Below are positions 1 to 8,802 of a DNA stretch of 64,000 nt, piece after piece. The stretch covers positions 64,001 to 128,000 of the IMG/VR virus record IMGVR_UViG_3300045988_183134; one strand, 5' to 3'. This DNA comes from a virus. Position 1 is the stretch's first letter. Every line of letters starts with the position of its first letter. Position numbers and translations under genes: made by a program. The notes beneath the pieces are model-generated. The model was not told the origin of the DNA. It saw nothing but the letters and a program-made list of their open reading frames with translations, and made no database searches.

Positions 1-1
1 T

Positions 2-454
<453 letters not shown>

Positions 455-466
455 GGAGGTCTCGGA

Positions 467-712
467 ATGTACGACTTTGACCGCATCGTTAAGGCTGCGG
501 AGTCCTGTGACTTTCACGGCGAATTTGCCTCCGACATCAAGCACTGTGAAAATGCACTTAGCATGGGTGGTCTCATGGCCATCAATGCTGAATGTTGGCT
601 TGACGTTCTGAACGCAATGCCGGATACCGAAATCGCAGAGTATGTCCGCACCAAGTACAAGCCCGACCTCTTGAATCCGTTCAAGGGTACGTCGCTTTAC
701 ATCATATCTTAA
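467..712 (+). CDS. hypothetical protein (81 aa)
   Basis: ATG preceded by GAGGAGG; 12 nt after the ligA stop. Confidence 0.6.
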   Translation: MYDFDRIVKAAESCDFHGEFASDIKHCENALSMGGLMAINAECWLDVLNAMPDTEIAEYVRTKYKPDLLNPFKGTSLYIIS

Positions 713-748
713 CCTCTTGCCGCTTGCCCTTTACCGGGTGGGCGGCTT

Positions 749-776
749 TTGCTAATATGTGCAAATCGCGTACACT
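749..776 (+). promoter_or_regulatory. heptamer-type promoter (TTGCTA-N4-GTGCAAA-N5-TACACT)
   Basis: -35 at 749-754, spacer heptamer at 759-765, -10 at 771-776. Same layout as about 24 other promoters in the window. Confidence 0.55.
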
Positions 777-802
777 AAAATAATAGAAAGAAGGTATCAA
801 TA

Positions 803-1405
803 ATGAAATCACATGAAGCTCCTGTTACCGAAAGCATGCAACAATGTATCGACTATATCAAGCAGAATGAAGATGAAATCGCAGAATATGTGAATTCGCT
901 TTTTCTTGCTCAGAAGGATGTAATTAGAGAGCAGCTTTTGGAGAGTTTGGCAGCAATGCTGAACCCCATTCCCACTCATTATGAATGGCGCAGCAATGAT
1001 TGCCCGTATGATTATTCTGGTGAATTGTACGAAGATGGAAAGGTATCTTTGGAGCAGACTGTTAGTGAATTTCTCGAGAGCGAATATACTGGTGCAAGCC
1101 GCGCAACCTATGTATCTCACTATGGTCTATCATATAACACATATGGGGATAGCCTCTCGGACGACACCCTTGAGATTGGCTGCTCCATTATGACCGATGG
1201 AATTAAAGATTTCGTACAGAGGAATGCAGGGATTCCGTGTGAACGATTCTCCCGTGAAGAATTTTTCGACATCAAAACCGAATGTAACGAATTTGACCCG
1301 ATATACGACGAATGCCGCGCCAGCGATTTCTTTTGGGCTACTGCCGCTGTAGAATTTGCAGGCATTGACAAAATGACTTTGAAAGAAGTTCTCGCCGCAG
1401 TATAA
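803..1405 (+). CDS. hypothetical protein (200 aa)
   Basis: ORF with GAAGG-type RBS, followed by the terminator at 1418-1451. Confidence 0.65.
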   Translation: MKSHEAPVTESMQQCIDYIKQNEDEIAEYVNSLFLAQKDVIREQLLESLAAMLNPIPTHYEWRSNDCPYDYSGELYEDGKVSLEQTVSEFLESEYTGASRATYVSHYGLSYNTYGDSLSDDTLEIGCSIMTDGIKDFVQRNAGIPCERFSREEFFDIKTECNEFDPIYDECRASDFFWATAAVEFAGIDKMTLKEVLAAV

Positions 1406-1417
1406 ATTGTCACAAAA

Positions 1418-1451
1418 GCCGTTCACCGTTTGGTGGACGGCTTTTTCTTTT
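1418..1451 (+). terminator. intrinsic terminator
   Basis: GCCGTTCACC-gttt-GGTGGACGGC followed by a T-rich run. Confidence 0.7.
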
Positions 1452-1479
1452 TGACATTTTTTGCGATTTCCCGATAATA

Positions 1480-1617
1480 GTGGAAACACCCAAAACAACG
1501 TGGAAACGTGACGATGCCTTGGCTAGTATCACCTCAAACTATACGGTAAAAGCTAATCTTACTTCCGGTGATTGGAGCGGCACGGTGTCTTTTGCCTGCA
1601 CCATTTCAGGAAACTAA
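1480..1617 (+). pseudogene. 3' remnant of the secreted paralog family found at 55.7-62.7 kb
   Basis: Translates to VETPKTTWKRDDALASITSNYTVKANLTSGDWSGTVSFACTISGN*. This matches the C-terminal motif PKxxWxRxD...TSNYxVSAxLTPGxWxGTATFxC of ORFs 55747, 56287 and 56770. No N-terminal part or signal peptide is present. Confidence 0.6.
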
Positions 1618-2163
1618 ATATCCGGTCTTCTAAATTGTACGATGTGCCGTATATATTATTTTCGTAAAAACTTGGTATTTTGGGTTGACGGCACGTGCGA
1701 TACCCATAGAATAGATAATGTAACAGAGATATCATTGATTTGCCATAGTTCATATACCTCCTGGAAGAAGGACAGATGCCCATATTGGGTTTCTGTCCTT
1801 TTTCTTTTTGAGGATTCCCGCAGATTTTCTGCGTTTTATATAGATTTATCCCACGGAATGTGGACTTCTGGCAGCCGAAGAAAAGGCTGATTATATAGAA
1901 TTGCTATGCTAATCAACATAGCACGCGTACACAGCGTCAATGTGTTTATATAAATGTTCCTGCACGCGAACGCCGCGTTAAGAGCGTATTTATATACCGT
2001 ATAACAATTACAAACCTTTAAGGAGGACATTACCATGATTCGAAACATAATTTAGCGAGTAGACACCATCATTAGCAACCACGAAGCCAAAGCTAAGCAA
2101 TATGCAGTTAGCTATGGTTCATTCGTTCACGGTCTAATTAAGACCTAGCTGAGCAAAGATGGT

Positions 2164-2403
2164 GTGATACTCGCGCTCCTGCTGGAGCAAGTGAAACTGA
2201 CCGAGGCCGCGAAAGCTCTGCTGCTTTTGGCAGTAGTATCAATCGTTGGCGCATTTATTGTGAAGAAAGTCTTCAAAAACTACAGCCACATCAAAGGATT
2301 GGCAGAAAACTTTCTGAAATCAACCGATGTTTTCGGGGCTATCAAAGAGGCAGTTTCTGATATTGCCGATAGCTCCTGCAAAACAGACAACAAAAAAGAA
2401 TAA
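2164..2403 (+). CDS. small membrane protein (79 aa); true 5' end uncertain
   Basis: GTG ORF with one hydrophobic helix (LLLLAVVSIVGAFIV) and a weak RBS. A strong AAGGAGG plus ATG lies at 2035 in the same frame, separated by two TAG codons (see findings). Confidence 0.4.
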   Translation: MILALLLEQVKLTEAAKALLLLAVVSIVGAFIVKKVFKNYSHIKGLAENFLKSTDVFGAIKEAVSDIADSSCKTDNKKE

Positions 2404-2485
2404 TTACATCCCCATATATGGGGCTTACTTGCTGTGGAGATAAATTCGAGAGCAGCACGACAGCCCCACGTTACGGGGTTATATT

Positions 2486-4066
2486 ATGGCTAAGAAGAAT
2501 AACAACGTCACTTTCAACGTCGGCATCACCAACCATTACTTTGACGCTATTTCGCGCCAGAAGTTACCCATGAGCGATGCCGCTTGTGAGCCGGTTGATA
2601 ATGCCATCTCTAATTGCAAAGATGCCATTAACATCTTGGTCGCGATTGTGAAAGGCCATGCCAAAAACCTAATCGGTGTGGTTATTGCCGACTGGGGCAA
2701 TGGTATGTCTAAGGAAAAGCTGCCGGAAAACCTACAGTTTGGCAACGGCCACAGCAATGAGGGCCCGCTGTGCATCCATGGCGTTGGCCTGAATAATTTC
2801 ATTTTGGTTGCCACCCGCAACAAGTATCCCTGGTTCATCGCTTCCAAGCAGCCTGGAGAGGACAGCTATCACCGCGTTGACGGCCCGTTCGCCACGACCA
2901 TGACGATGTCCGAGCAGGAAGAGATTCCTATGGCAGATGTCGTTATGCGTGAGCAGTTTAAGGCTCTTGGCGCTCCTTCTACCATCATCTATGTGGAGAT
3001 GGACAAGGCTACCGCCAGCACCATGCTGACCAAGAACGGCAGCTGCGCTGAGAGCCGGGTCACCAGCCTGAACGTGCTGCGTACCTGCCTGGCTGAGCAC
3101 TTTGGTGTCAAGTACCGCAATTACTTGGCACCTGACGCTACCGGCGTTGCTCCCGCCCGTATCCTGATTCCTGATTTCCATATGGCGAATGGCAAGACGT
3201 GCGATGTGCTCGTCAAGCCTATTTTCCAGCCGTATAAGGAGAAACAGAAGGAAAAGAACTTCACTGTTGACTATGATGGGTACGAGATTCCTGTCAAGGT
3301 TGAGTGTGGTCAGCTGGATACGGATGCGACCAAAGGTGTTGTTACTGGTGGCTATGACTTGAAGCATTTCTACCAGAACAACATGCTTACGCAGGGCTTG
3401 GATATCCAGCTCGGCGAGCGTGTTATCGCCACCGCTCAGTTTGATACCATCTGGGACAAGGCTCGTCACCCGGCCTTCAACGCTTTCACCGGCGTTGTTG
3501 CTGTTGATATTTCCGGTCTGCCGCGTGGGTTCTTGAATACCCTCGCCAACAAGTCGGATATCGACCTGAGCGACAAGGGATGGCGTAAAATTTTCGACGC
3601 TATTGCCGAAAACGTGAAGCCTCTCGAAAGCGAGCCTCTCACTCTTGAGAAATATGCGCAGGATTTTGCAAATCGGCTGGTTGCAGACACCGGGAATGAA
3701 GTTGAACTCCAGTTCCCTCTGTACGCAAACCGGACTCGTATCGACGTTCTGGAACATATCGACGAGTCCCACTGCAAGATTTATGACTTCATGAGCGGCG
3801 TTGCTACTTTGAAGTCTGTAACCGAGCTGCGGACTCATTGGGATGGCATGGTTGCACAGGGCATTCAGCCTGTTTCGGCTGTGATGTTCTGCAATAAGCG
3901 CGGTCCTATGCTCAAACATACCTGCGACGAGATGAACACTCTCGTGCAGGCTATGAATGACGAGGACTTCTACATGACCCTCGAAGCTGCTGGTGGTGAT
4001 GCGTCTAAGATGCCACACTACAACTTCGATGTTATTCTTGACCAGAATATCCCCGTGAAGAAATAA
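2486..4066 (+). CDS. GHKL-superfamily ATPase-like protein (526 aa)
   Basis: N-terminal Bergerat-fold motifs in order: EPVDNAISN (motif I), ADWGNGM (DxGxG), IHGVGLNNF (G-loop). The C-terminal 350 aa are unassigned. Confidence 0.55.
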   Translation: MAKKNNNVTFNVGITNHYFDAISRQKLPMSDAACEPVDNAISNCKDAINILVAIVKGHAKNLIGVVIADWGNGMSKEKLPENLQFGNGHSNEGPLCIHGVGLNNFILVATRNKYPWFIASKQPGEDSYHRVDGPFATTMTMSEQEEIPMADVVMREQFKALGAPSTIIYVEMDKATASTMLTKNGSCAESRVTSLNVLRTCLAEHFGVKYRNYLAPDATGVAPARILIPDFHMANGKTCDVLVKPIFQPYKEKQKEKNFTVDYDGYEIPVKVECGQLDTDATKGVVTGGYDLKHFYQNNMLTQGLDIQLGERVIATAQFDTIWDKARHPAFNAFTGVVAVDISGLPRGFLNTLANKSDIDLSDKGWRKIFDAIAENVKPLESEPLTLEKYAQDFANRLVADTGNEVELQFPLYANRTRIDVLEHIDESHCKIYDFMSGVATLKSVTELRTHWDGMVAQGIQPVSAVMFCNKRGPMLKHTCDEMNTLVQAMNDEDFYMTLEAAGGDASKMPHYNFDVILDQNIPVKK

Positions 4067-4073
4067 CATCACT

Positions 4074-4105
4074 TGCCGTCATCCGAAAGGGTGGCGGCAT
4101 TTTTT
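4074..4105 (+). terminator. intrinsic terminator
   Basis: TGCCGTCATCC-gaaa-GGGTGGCGGCA followed by T6. Confidence 0.7.
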
Positions 4106-4199
4106 GTTGAGCTATTGCTTAAACATCAAGATTCCTCATGTGGAGTGTAGCGTTTTGTACCGATATATGCTATAATTGGCACAAAAAGGAGGAACCGAC

Positions 4200-4580
4200 A
4201 TGGCAGAAAATAATAACAACGGTGGCAAAAACACTAATATCATCACCAAAATTAACGATACCATTTCCAAAGTCCTGGGCGATTTCCCGCCCGTTGTTCA
4301 GACAATCGCAAAAATCGTTGTCTTCGGTGGGCTCATCCTGCTTATCGCCAAAGCCATCGGCTATATTTTCCCGGTTATTGTGAACGTTCTTTTCAACCTC
4401 TTAGTCAAAATCGTTGGCTTCTGCATTCTGGCAGCCTTTCTTTACGGCTGCTGGTACGAGGTAAAACTGCAAATGACTCGCGATGAAAACTCCTTCCTGC
4501 TGAATGAACGACTCAAGTATCAGAAAAAAGAATACGAGGAACGTGAGCACAGAAGACAAGAACGAGATAACAGACGATAA
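4200..4580 (+). CDS. membrane protein with charged C-terminal tail (126 aa)
   Basis: AAAGGAGGA 8 nt upstream of ATG 4200, with a TGcTATAAT extended -10 at 4168-4176. Two hydrophobic helices. The track start at 4176 lies inside the RBS. Confidence 0.65.
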   Translation: MAENNNNGGKNTNIITKINDTISKVLGDFPPVVQTIAKIVVFGGLILLIAKAIGYIFPVIVNVLFNLLVKIVGFCILAAFLYGCWYEVKLQMTRDENSFLLNERLKYQKKEYEEREHRRQERDNRR

Positions 4581-4597
4581 TACATAATCATACATAG

Positions 4598-4628
4598 GCT
4601 GTCCAGCTTCGGTTGGGCAGCTTTTTTT
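4598..4628 (+). terminator. intrinsic terminator
   Basis: GCTGTCCA-gcttcgg-TTGGGCAGC followed by T7. Confidence 0.7.
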
Positions 4629-4637
4629 ATTTTCCTG

Positions 4638-4665
4638 TTGCAGGCTCTTGCGAATCGTATACCAT
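4638..4665 (+). promoter_or_regulatory. heptamer-type promoter (TTGCAG-N4-TTGCGAA-N5-TACCAT)
   Basis: Same spacing and heptamer as the repeated modules. Confidence 0.55.
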
Positions 4666-4688
4666 AAAAAGTATGAAAGGAGTTTATC

Positions 4689-4919
4689 ATGAAAACACTT
4701 GAATCCTTTTTTAGCAGAACTGCACAGTTTGGCTTGCTCATTTATCTGACCGGCTGCTTTGGCCTGTTGATTGTTTTAGGCGCTGCAGTCGCAAAATGGC
4801 TTAAACTCATCGACGTAATTCAATATATTGCCTTTGCTTTTGGACTTGGACTCCTCACTTTGCTTATCGGCATGGTGGGTCTCTCACTCCTCGGCATTAG
4901 GGGTATTGAAGAATTTTAG
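4689..4919 (+). CDS. small membrane protein (76 aa)
   Basis: AAAGGAG RBS; two or three hydrophobic helices. The TAG stop sits inside a hairpin at the start of the iscB upstream region. Confidence 0.6.
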   Translation: MKTLESFFSRTAQFGLLIYLTGCFGLLIVLGAAVAKWLKLIDVIQYIAFAFGLGLLTLLIGMVGLSLLGIRGIEEF

Positions 4920-5095
4920 TGGAATGACCCCATCCCACTAAGTTCCTTCAATATCACAGGCGGATGTACTTTTGTACATCAAGATGACGAGCTGCACTTG
5001 TACGGTTTTCCCAGCTTGCAACCATGCGAAGGCGTCATCTAGCCAAGGGAAACACAACCTCCTGCTTCGGCAGGAGAGATTTATCGTAAAGGAGG
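4905..5095 (+). ncRNA. candidate IscB omega-RNA scaffold (boundaries approximate)
   Basis: Lies directly 5' of iscB, where IscB omega-RNAs are encoded. Nested helices: GATGTAC/GTACATC (4963-4980), GATGACG/CGTCATC (4983-5039), CTCCTGC-TTCG-GCAGGAG (5059-5076). Confidence 0.5.
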
Positions 5096-5103
5096 TGGCG
5101 AAT

Positions 5104-6642
5104 ATGTCCACTGTTTATGTACTTAACAAAGACGGTAAACCTTTGATGCCTACGACTCGCGGCGGACATGTGCGCCACCTGCTTAAAGAGCAAAAAGCAC
5201 GAGTCGTAAGAGCAAAACCGTTTACCATCCAACTGCTGTATGAAACCAATGATGTAGTGCAGCCCCTATATTTAGGCATTGACCCTGGTAGAACCAATAT
5301 CGGCGTTGCCGTTGTTAAAGCAAATGGAACGGCAGTCTTTACGGCACATCTGGAAACTCGCAACAAAGAGGTTCCAAAATTGATGCAAGACCGTAAAAAA
5401 GCCCGCCGTGCAAGACGCACAAACGGCAGACGTTGTCGCCGTCAGCGGAGAGCTAAGGCAAATGGCACCATTTCTAAGAAGTGCGTGAAGCAAGATACTG
5501 CTCAAAGTAAGAATCCTAGCAAACGTGCAAAAGAAATTGGCATCATCAAACGTCGCCTTCCGGGTTATAAGAAAGATGTACTCTGCATTGGTATTAAAAA
5601 CAAAGAAGCAAAGTACACCAATCGCACAAGACCGGAAGGATGGCTTACGCCTACCGCGAATCAGTTGCTCCAAACACACATCAATTTGGTGAGAAAAATG
5701 CAAAAGTTCCTTCCTATCAGTGATGTTGTGCTTGAAGTAAACAAATTTGCGTTCATGCGGCTTGATAATCCTGACATTCAGAAATGGCAGTACCAACAAG
5801 GCCCACTCTACCAAAAAGGGAGTCTTGAAAATGCTGTTTCTGAAATGCAGGAACACCATTGCCTGTTCTGTGATAAACCCATCGACCATTACCACCATGT
5901 AGTGCCGCAATCCGAGAATGGCAGCAACACCATTGCCAATATCGTTGGTCTATGCGCGGAGCATCATAACCTTGTTCATAAAGATGCTGCCTGGCAAAAG
6001 AAACTTGCCAAAGAAAAAGTTGGACTTAACAAAAAGTACGGCGCTTTGAGTGTATTGAATCAAATCATTCCGGCACTGACGAATAAATTGAGTGTGCTAT
6101 TTCCAAAGCACTTTTTTGTGACAGCAGGAAAGAGCACCCATGACTATCGTGCAGCGCACGGTGTAAGTAAAGACCATTGGCTCGACGCTTACTGCATTGC
6201 TTGTTCTGTCTTGCCGAGCAATGTCTGTGATAGCAACATCAACAATCATATGCCGTATGAGCTTAAACAGTTCCGCCGTCATGATAGAAGAGTGTTAAAC
6301 AATGAAAATATGAACCGCGTGTACACACTCGATAATAAGGCAGTTGCTATAAATCGGCATAAAGCAACGGAACAAGAAGCTGCCAGCCTAGAAGAATTTC
6401 GCAAAGAGCATCCGAATGATGTTTGCAAGCTTAAAGTTAAAGAGCACCATCCAACATACAGAAACATGAACCGTAACTATCCAGGAAGCATATTTCTTGT
6501 TGGAAAGCATGTTCATATAATGCAAGGAATAGCTGGCTCTAAAGACGGAAAAGCAACAACATACAAAGACTCTAACGCAAACTCAATAACGGCGAGTAAA
6601 TGCAAATTTGTTGCAAAAAATTCTGGCATATTGTTTGTGTAG
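5104..6642 (+). CDS. iscB: IscB RNA-guided nuclease (512 aa), all catalytic motifs present
   Basis: Motifs in order: PLMP (KDGKPLMPTT), RuvC-I (LGIDPGRTNIG), Arg-rich bridge (RKKARRARRTNGRRCRRQRRA), RuvC-II (VVLEVNKF), HNH (CLFCDKPIDHYHHVVP..NIVGLCAEHHNLVH), RuvC-III (HWLDAYCIA). AAGGAGG lies 8 nt before ATG 5104. The track start at 4972 lies in the structured upstream region. Confidence 0.85.
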   Translation: MSTVYVLNKDGKPLMPTTRGGHVRHLLKEQKARVVRAKPFTIQLLYETNDVVQPLYLGIDPGRTNIGVAVVKANGTAVFTAHLETRNKEVPKLMQDRKKARRARRTNGRRCRRQRRAKANGTISKKCVKQDTAQSKNPSKRAKEIGIIKRRLPGYKKDVLCIGIKNKEAKYTNRTRPEGWLTPTANQLLQTHINLVRKMQKFLPISDVVLEVNKFAFMRLDNPDIQKWQYQQGPLYQKGSLENAVSEMQEHHCLFCDKPIDHYHHVVPQSENGSNTIANIVGLCAEHHNLVHKDAAWQKKLAKEKVGLNKKYGALSVLNQIIPALTNKLSVLFPKHFFVTAGKSTHDYRAAHGVSKDHWLDAYCIACSVLPSNVCDSNINNHMPYELKQFRRHDRRVLNNENMNRVYTLDNKAVAINRHKATEQEAASLEEFRKEHPNDVCKLKVKEHHPTYRNMNRNYPGSIFLVGKHVHIMQGIAGSKDGKATTYKDSNANSITASKCKFVAKNSGILFV

Positions 6643-6718
6643 TATGAATTAAAAGTAATAAAACCACGAAAAATCTTCAATAGCCGCAAAACCGCAAACA
6701 TAAGGAGGCAAAACACGT

Positions 6719-7933
6719 ATGAGTAAAAAGATTATCAATATCACCGCAGCTGCCATGGCACTCGCCGTGACACTTTCCGGCTGCGCCACAGCTGTGGTTC
6801 AGGAACGGAAAGACCAGGCAGCCGCAGTAGCAAGCGCAGAAGCAGCACAGGCTGCCGCAACAGCAACACCGGAACCGACAGCAGAACCGACCCCGGAACC
6901 CATCAATGCCTGGTCTTTGTTGTCGAATCTCCCGGATTTCACGCCCGGCACGCTGGACAATCCTGACACTACCTGGCCGGACGGTATTCCGATGGGGCAG
7001 AGTCCTTTGTCTTACGATGACGGCAGCAAGTTCTATTCGCTGCGCAGCGTTGATACCGGCAAGACACTGGATATCACGGACGTTGCATTACAGGATGTAC
7101 GGGATTTGCCTGTAAAGGGATATCTGAAATTGAACGAACTTGAAAACGGTGATACAGTCATTGGTGAAATCAATGCAGAATCCACAGGCGAAGGCGTAGA
7201 AAAGGAAATCAGTGATTTTTCCATTCACACTGCCAGCAAGGATGACGGCTGTGACTATTATCCGATTGGATATAACGGCGGTTCACTGACCTTGATGCTG
7301 GACGGTCGTGCAGCCAATGATGATGGCATCAATATCGGCGATGCGTTCCTTGACGGTCTCTATTATTCGTCTGTCACTCCGGACAAATTCGACGGCTATC
7401 CGACCGACGGAGAGCCGGAGGAACAGTTCAACTTCCTGTATGGTTTGTTTGGCAATCCGTCCGGTCTCTACTGGACAAACAACGATTCTGTCGCTTTCAA
7501 TTCCAGCAAGCAGTATCGTACCTTTGAAGATTTCCGAGATGCAGATTATGATGTTGAAATTGGCGGCAAGAACTTCTATCTGGTTTGGAACTATGACGGG
7601 TATAGTGTTGTTGCGGCGTGCAACGATACCTTTGACAGCGCTAATGTGAAGGGCACTACGATTCAGGATATTTACTTGTTCCCGAACATGACAGAAACCA
7701 AGTACCTAGTCGAAAATTCCGGCAGCCTGATTAGCGGTTATCTGGGTTATGGTGAAGTTCCCGTCATCTTGACTGGTACATACACATCAGTCAACAGTGA
7801 TTCGACTGTCGAACAGGATACAAGCGCAGAAGAAAACACCGACGCTGAATCTGGTGACAATTCCACGGCGGACGAAAACGCTGAGTCCAGTTCCGATGAT
7901 AACAGCAACAGTTCGGAAAATTCCGATTCTTAA
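6719..7933 (+). CDS. lipoprotein with acidic low-complexity C-terminus (404 aa)
   Basis: Signal peptide with lipobox (AVTLSGC). AAGGAGG RBS. The tail is rich in D, E, S and N. Confidence 0.7.
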   Translation: MSKKIINITAAAMALAVTLSGCATAVVQERKDQAAAVASAEAAQAAATATPEPTAEPTPEPINAWSLLSNLPDFTPGTLDNPDTTWPDGIPMGQSPLSYDDGSKFYSLRSVDTGKTLDITDVALQDVRDLPVKGYLKLNELENGDTVIGEINAESTGEGVEKEISDFSIHTASKDDGCDYYPIGYNGGSLTLMLDGRAANDDGINIGDAFLDGLYYSSVTPDKFDGYPTDGEPEEQFNFLYGLFGNPSGLYWTNNDSVAFNSSKQYRTFEDFRDADYDVEIGGKNFYLVWNYDGYSVVAACNDTFDSANVKGTTIQDIYLFPNMTETKYLVENSGSLISGYLGYGEVPVILTGTYTSVNSDSTVEQDTSAEENTDAESGDNSTADENAESSSDDNSNSSENSDS

Positions 7934-7949
7934 TTCTAAAAAATAGTTA

Positions 7950-8066
7950 TTGCGTATTCGTGCGAAACGCATACAATAAAAATTGTATGATAGATAACAG
8001 CACACATACGCTATAATTTCACAATTCTGAGAAGCAGACTATCCGTTTGGAGGTCTGCTTTTTTTG
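7950..8066 (+). promoter_or_regulatory. promoter-leader module, copy 1 (diverged)
   Basis: TTGCGT-N4-GTGCGAA-N5-TACAAT (7950-7977); box1 TTGTATGATAGATAAC (7983); box2 remnant TTTCACAATT; hairpin GCAGACT..AGGTCTGC plus T7 (8034-8065). Confidence 0.6.
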
Positions 8067-8128
8067 TTGGAATTTTGCGGTGCTTTGCTGACGTTTATCG
8101 TAACTAAACACTACAAGGAGAAAGAAAA

Positions 8129-8452
8129 ATGACCGTAACGAACACTGTAACAGAAACAGAACACTTAACTCCCCTGCGTTCCGCTGTAGAGCACATCAAC
8201 TGGAATACTTTGTACCAGCAGAAAATGGCTCTCGAAGAAGTCTCTGACATGCTCTATGCCAAGAGAAAAGAGGATGACACGTTTGGCAAGGCTTCCGCCT
8301 GGCTCGAAAGCGTCATTGCACTCATGGAACGCTTGGGGGATGCAGCAGAAGAGGAAGGAAAGTTTAATTATCCCGAGCGGGACGAAAACGATGAACATCT
8401 GGATAACAGGTTCAATCATGTGTTGAATCAGTACCCGGATGTGGATATCTGA
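8129..8452 (+). CDS. hypothetical protein (107 aa)
   Basis: AAGGAGAAAG RBS; first gene after module copy 1. Confidence 0.6.
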   Translation: MTVTNTVTETEHLTPLRSAVEHINWNTLYQQKMALEEVSDMLYAKRKEDDTFGKASAWLESVIALMERLGDAAEEEGKFNYPERDENDEHLDNRFNHVLNQYPDVDI

Positions 8453-8473
8453 CCAGTTCATATCAGGAGGACA

Positions 8474-8719
8474 ATGATGCGGATTAACAGCAGTTGTGTG
8501 CTTCACAGCACCACGAGTCTCAACGCAAGAGTTCTTCCGCTCATTGGACGGGTCGGAACTCTTGAGCTGTCAAGTGGGCAGCCACTCGTATTCAAAACAA
8601 CAACACCAAAGCAACAAGACGTCCTGCGTACCAGCACAGTAAAAGCTATTGGCTTTGCAGGAAGCAGAATTTTTGTCAAAACCGAAAGAGGAACCCAATA
8701 CACATTTGAATTCCAATAA
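8474..8719 (+). CDS. hypothetical protein (81 aa)
   Basis: CAGGAGG RBS 5 nt upstream of the ATG. Confidence 0.55.
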   Translation: MMRINSSCVLHSTTSLNARVLPLIGRVGTLELSSGQPLVFKTTTPKQQDVLRTSTVKAIGFAGSRIFVKTERGTQYTFEFQ

Positions 8720-8724
8720 CACCC

Positions 8725-8775
8725 AAGCGGCCACTAATCTCATTTTTTATAGATTGGCGGCCGCTTTTATTTTTA
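8725..8775 (+). terminator. probable terminator
   Basis: AAGCGGCC ... GGCGGCCGCTT followed by a T-rich run; the loop is long. Confidence 0.45.
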
Positions 8776-8802
8776 TCATTTTTTTGAAAGGAAGTTTTTA
8801 AC

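Noticed and set aside
1559-2048. Minus-strand ORFs 1559-1783 and 1836-2048 in the AT-rich gap
   Set aside because: They have no start signals. The region is AT-rich and ORF-poor and sits next to a gene remnant, so it is more likely decayed or regulatory DNA.
2732-4072. 446-aa minus-strand ORF
   Set aside because: It is exactly antisense to the GHKL ATPase gene. It has no RBS and no recognisable motifs, so it is a shadow ORF of a long plus-strand CDS.
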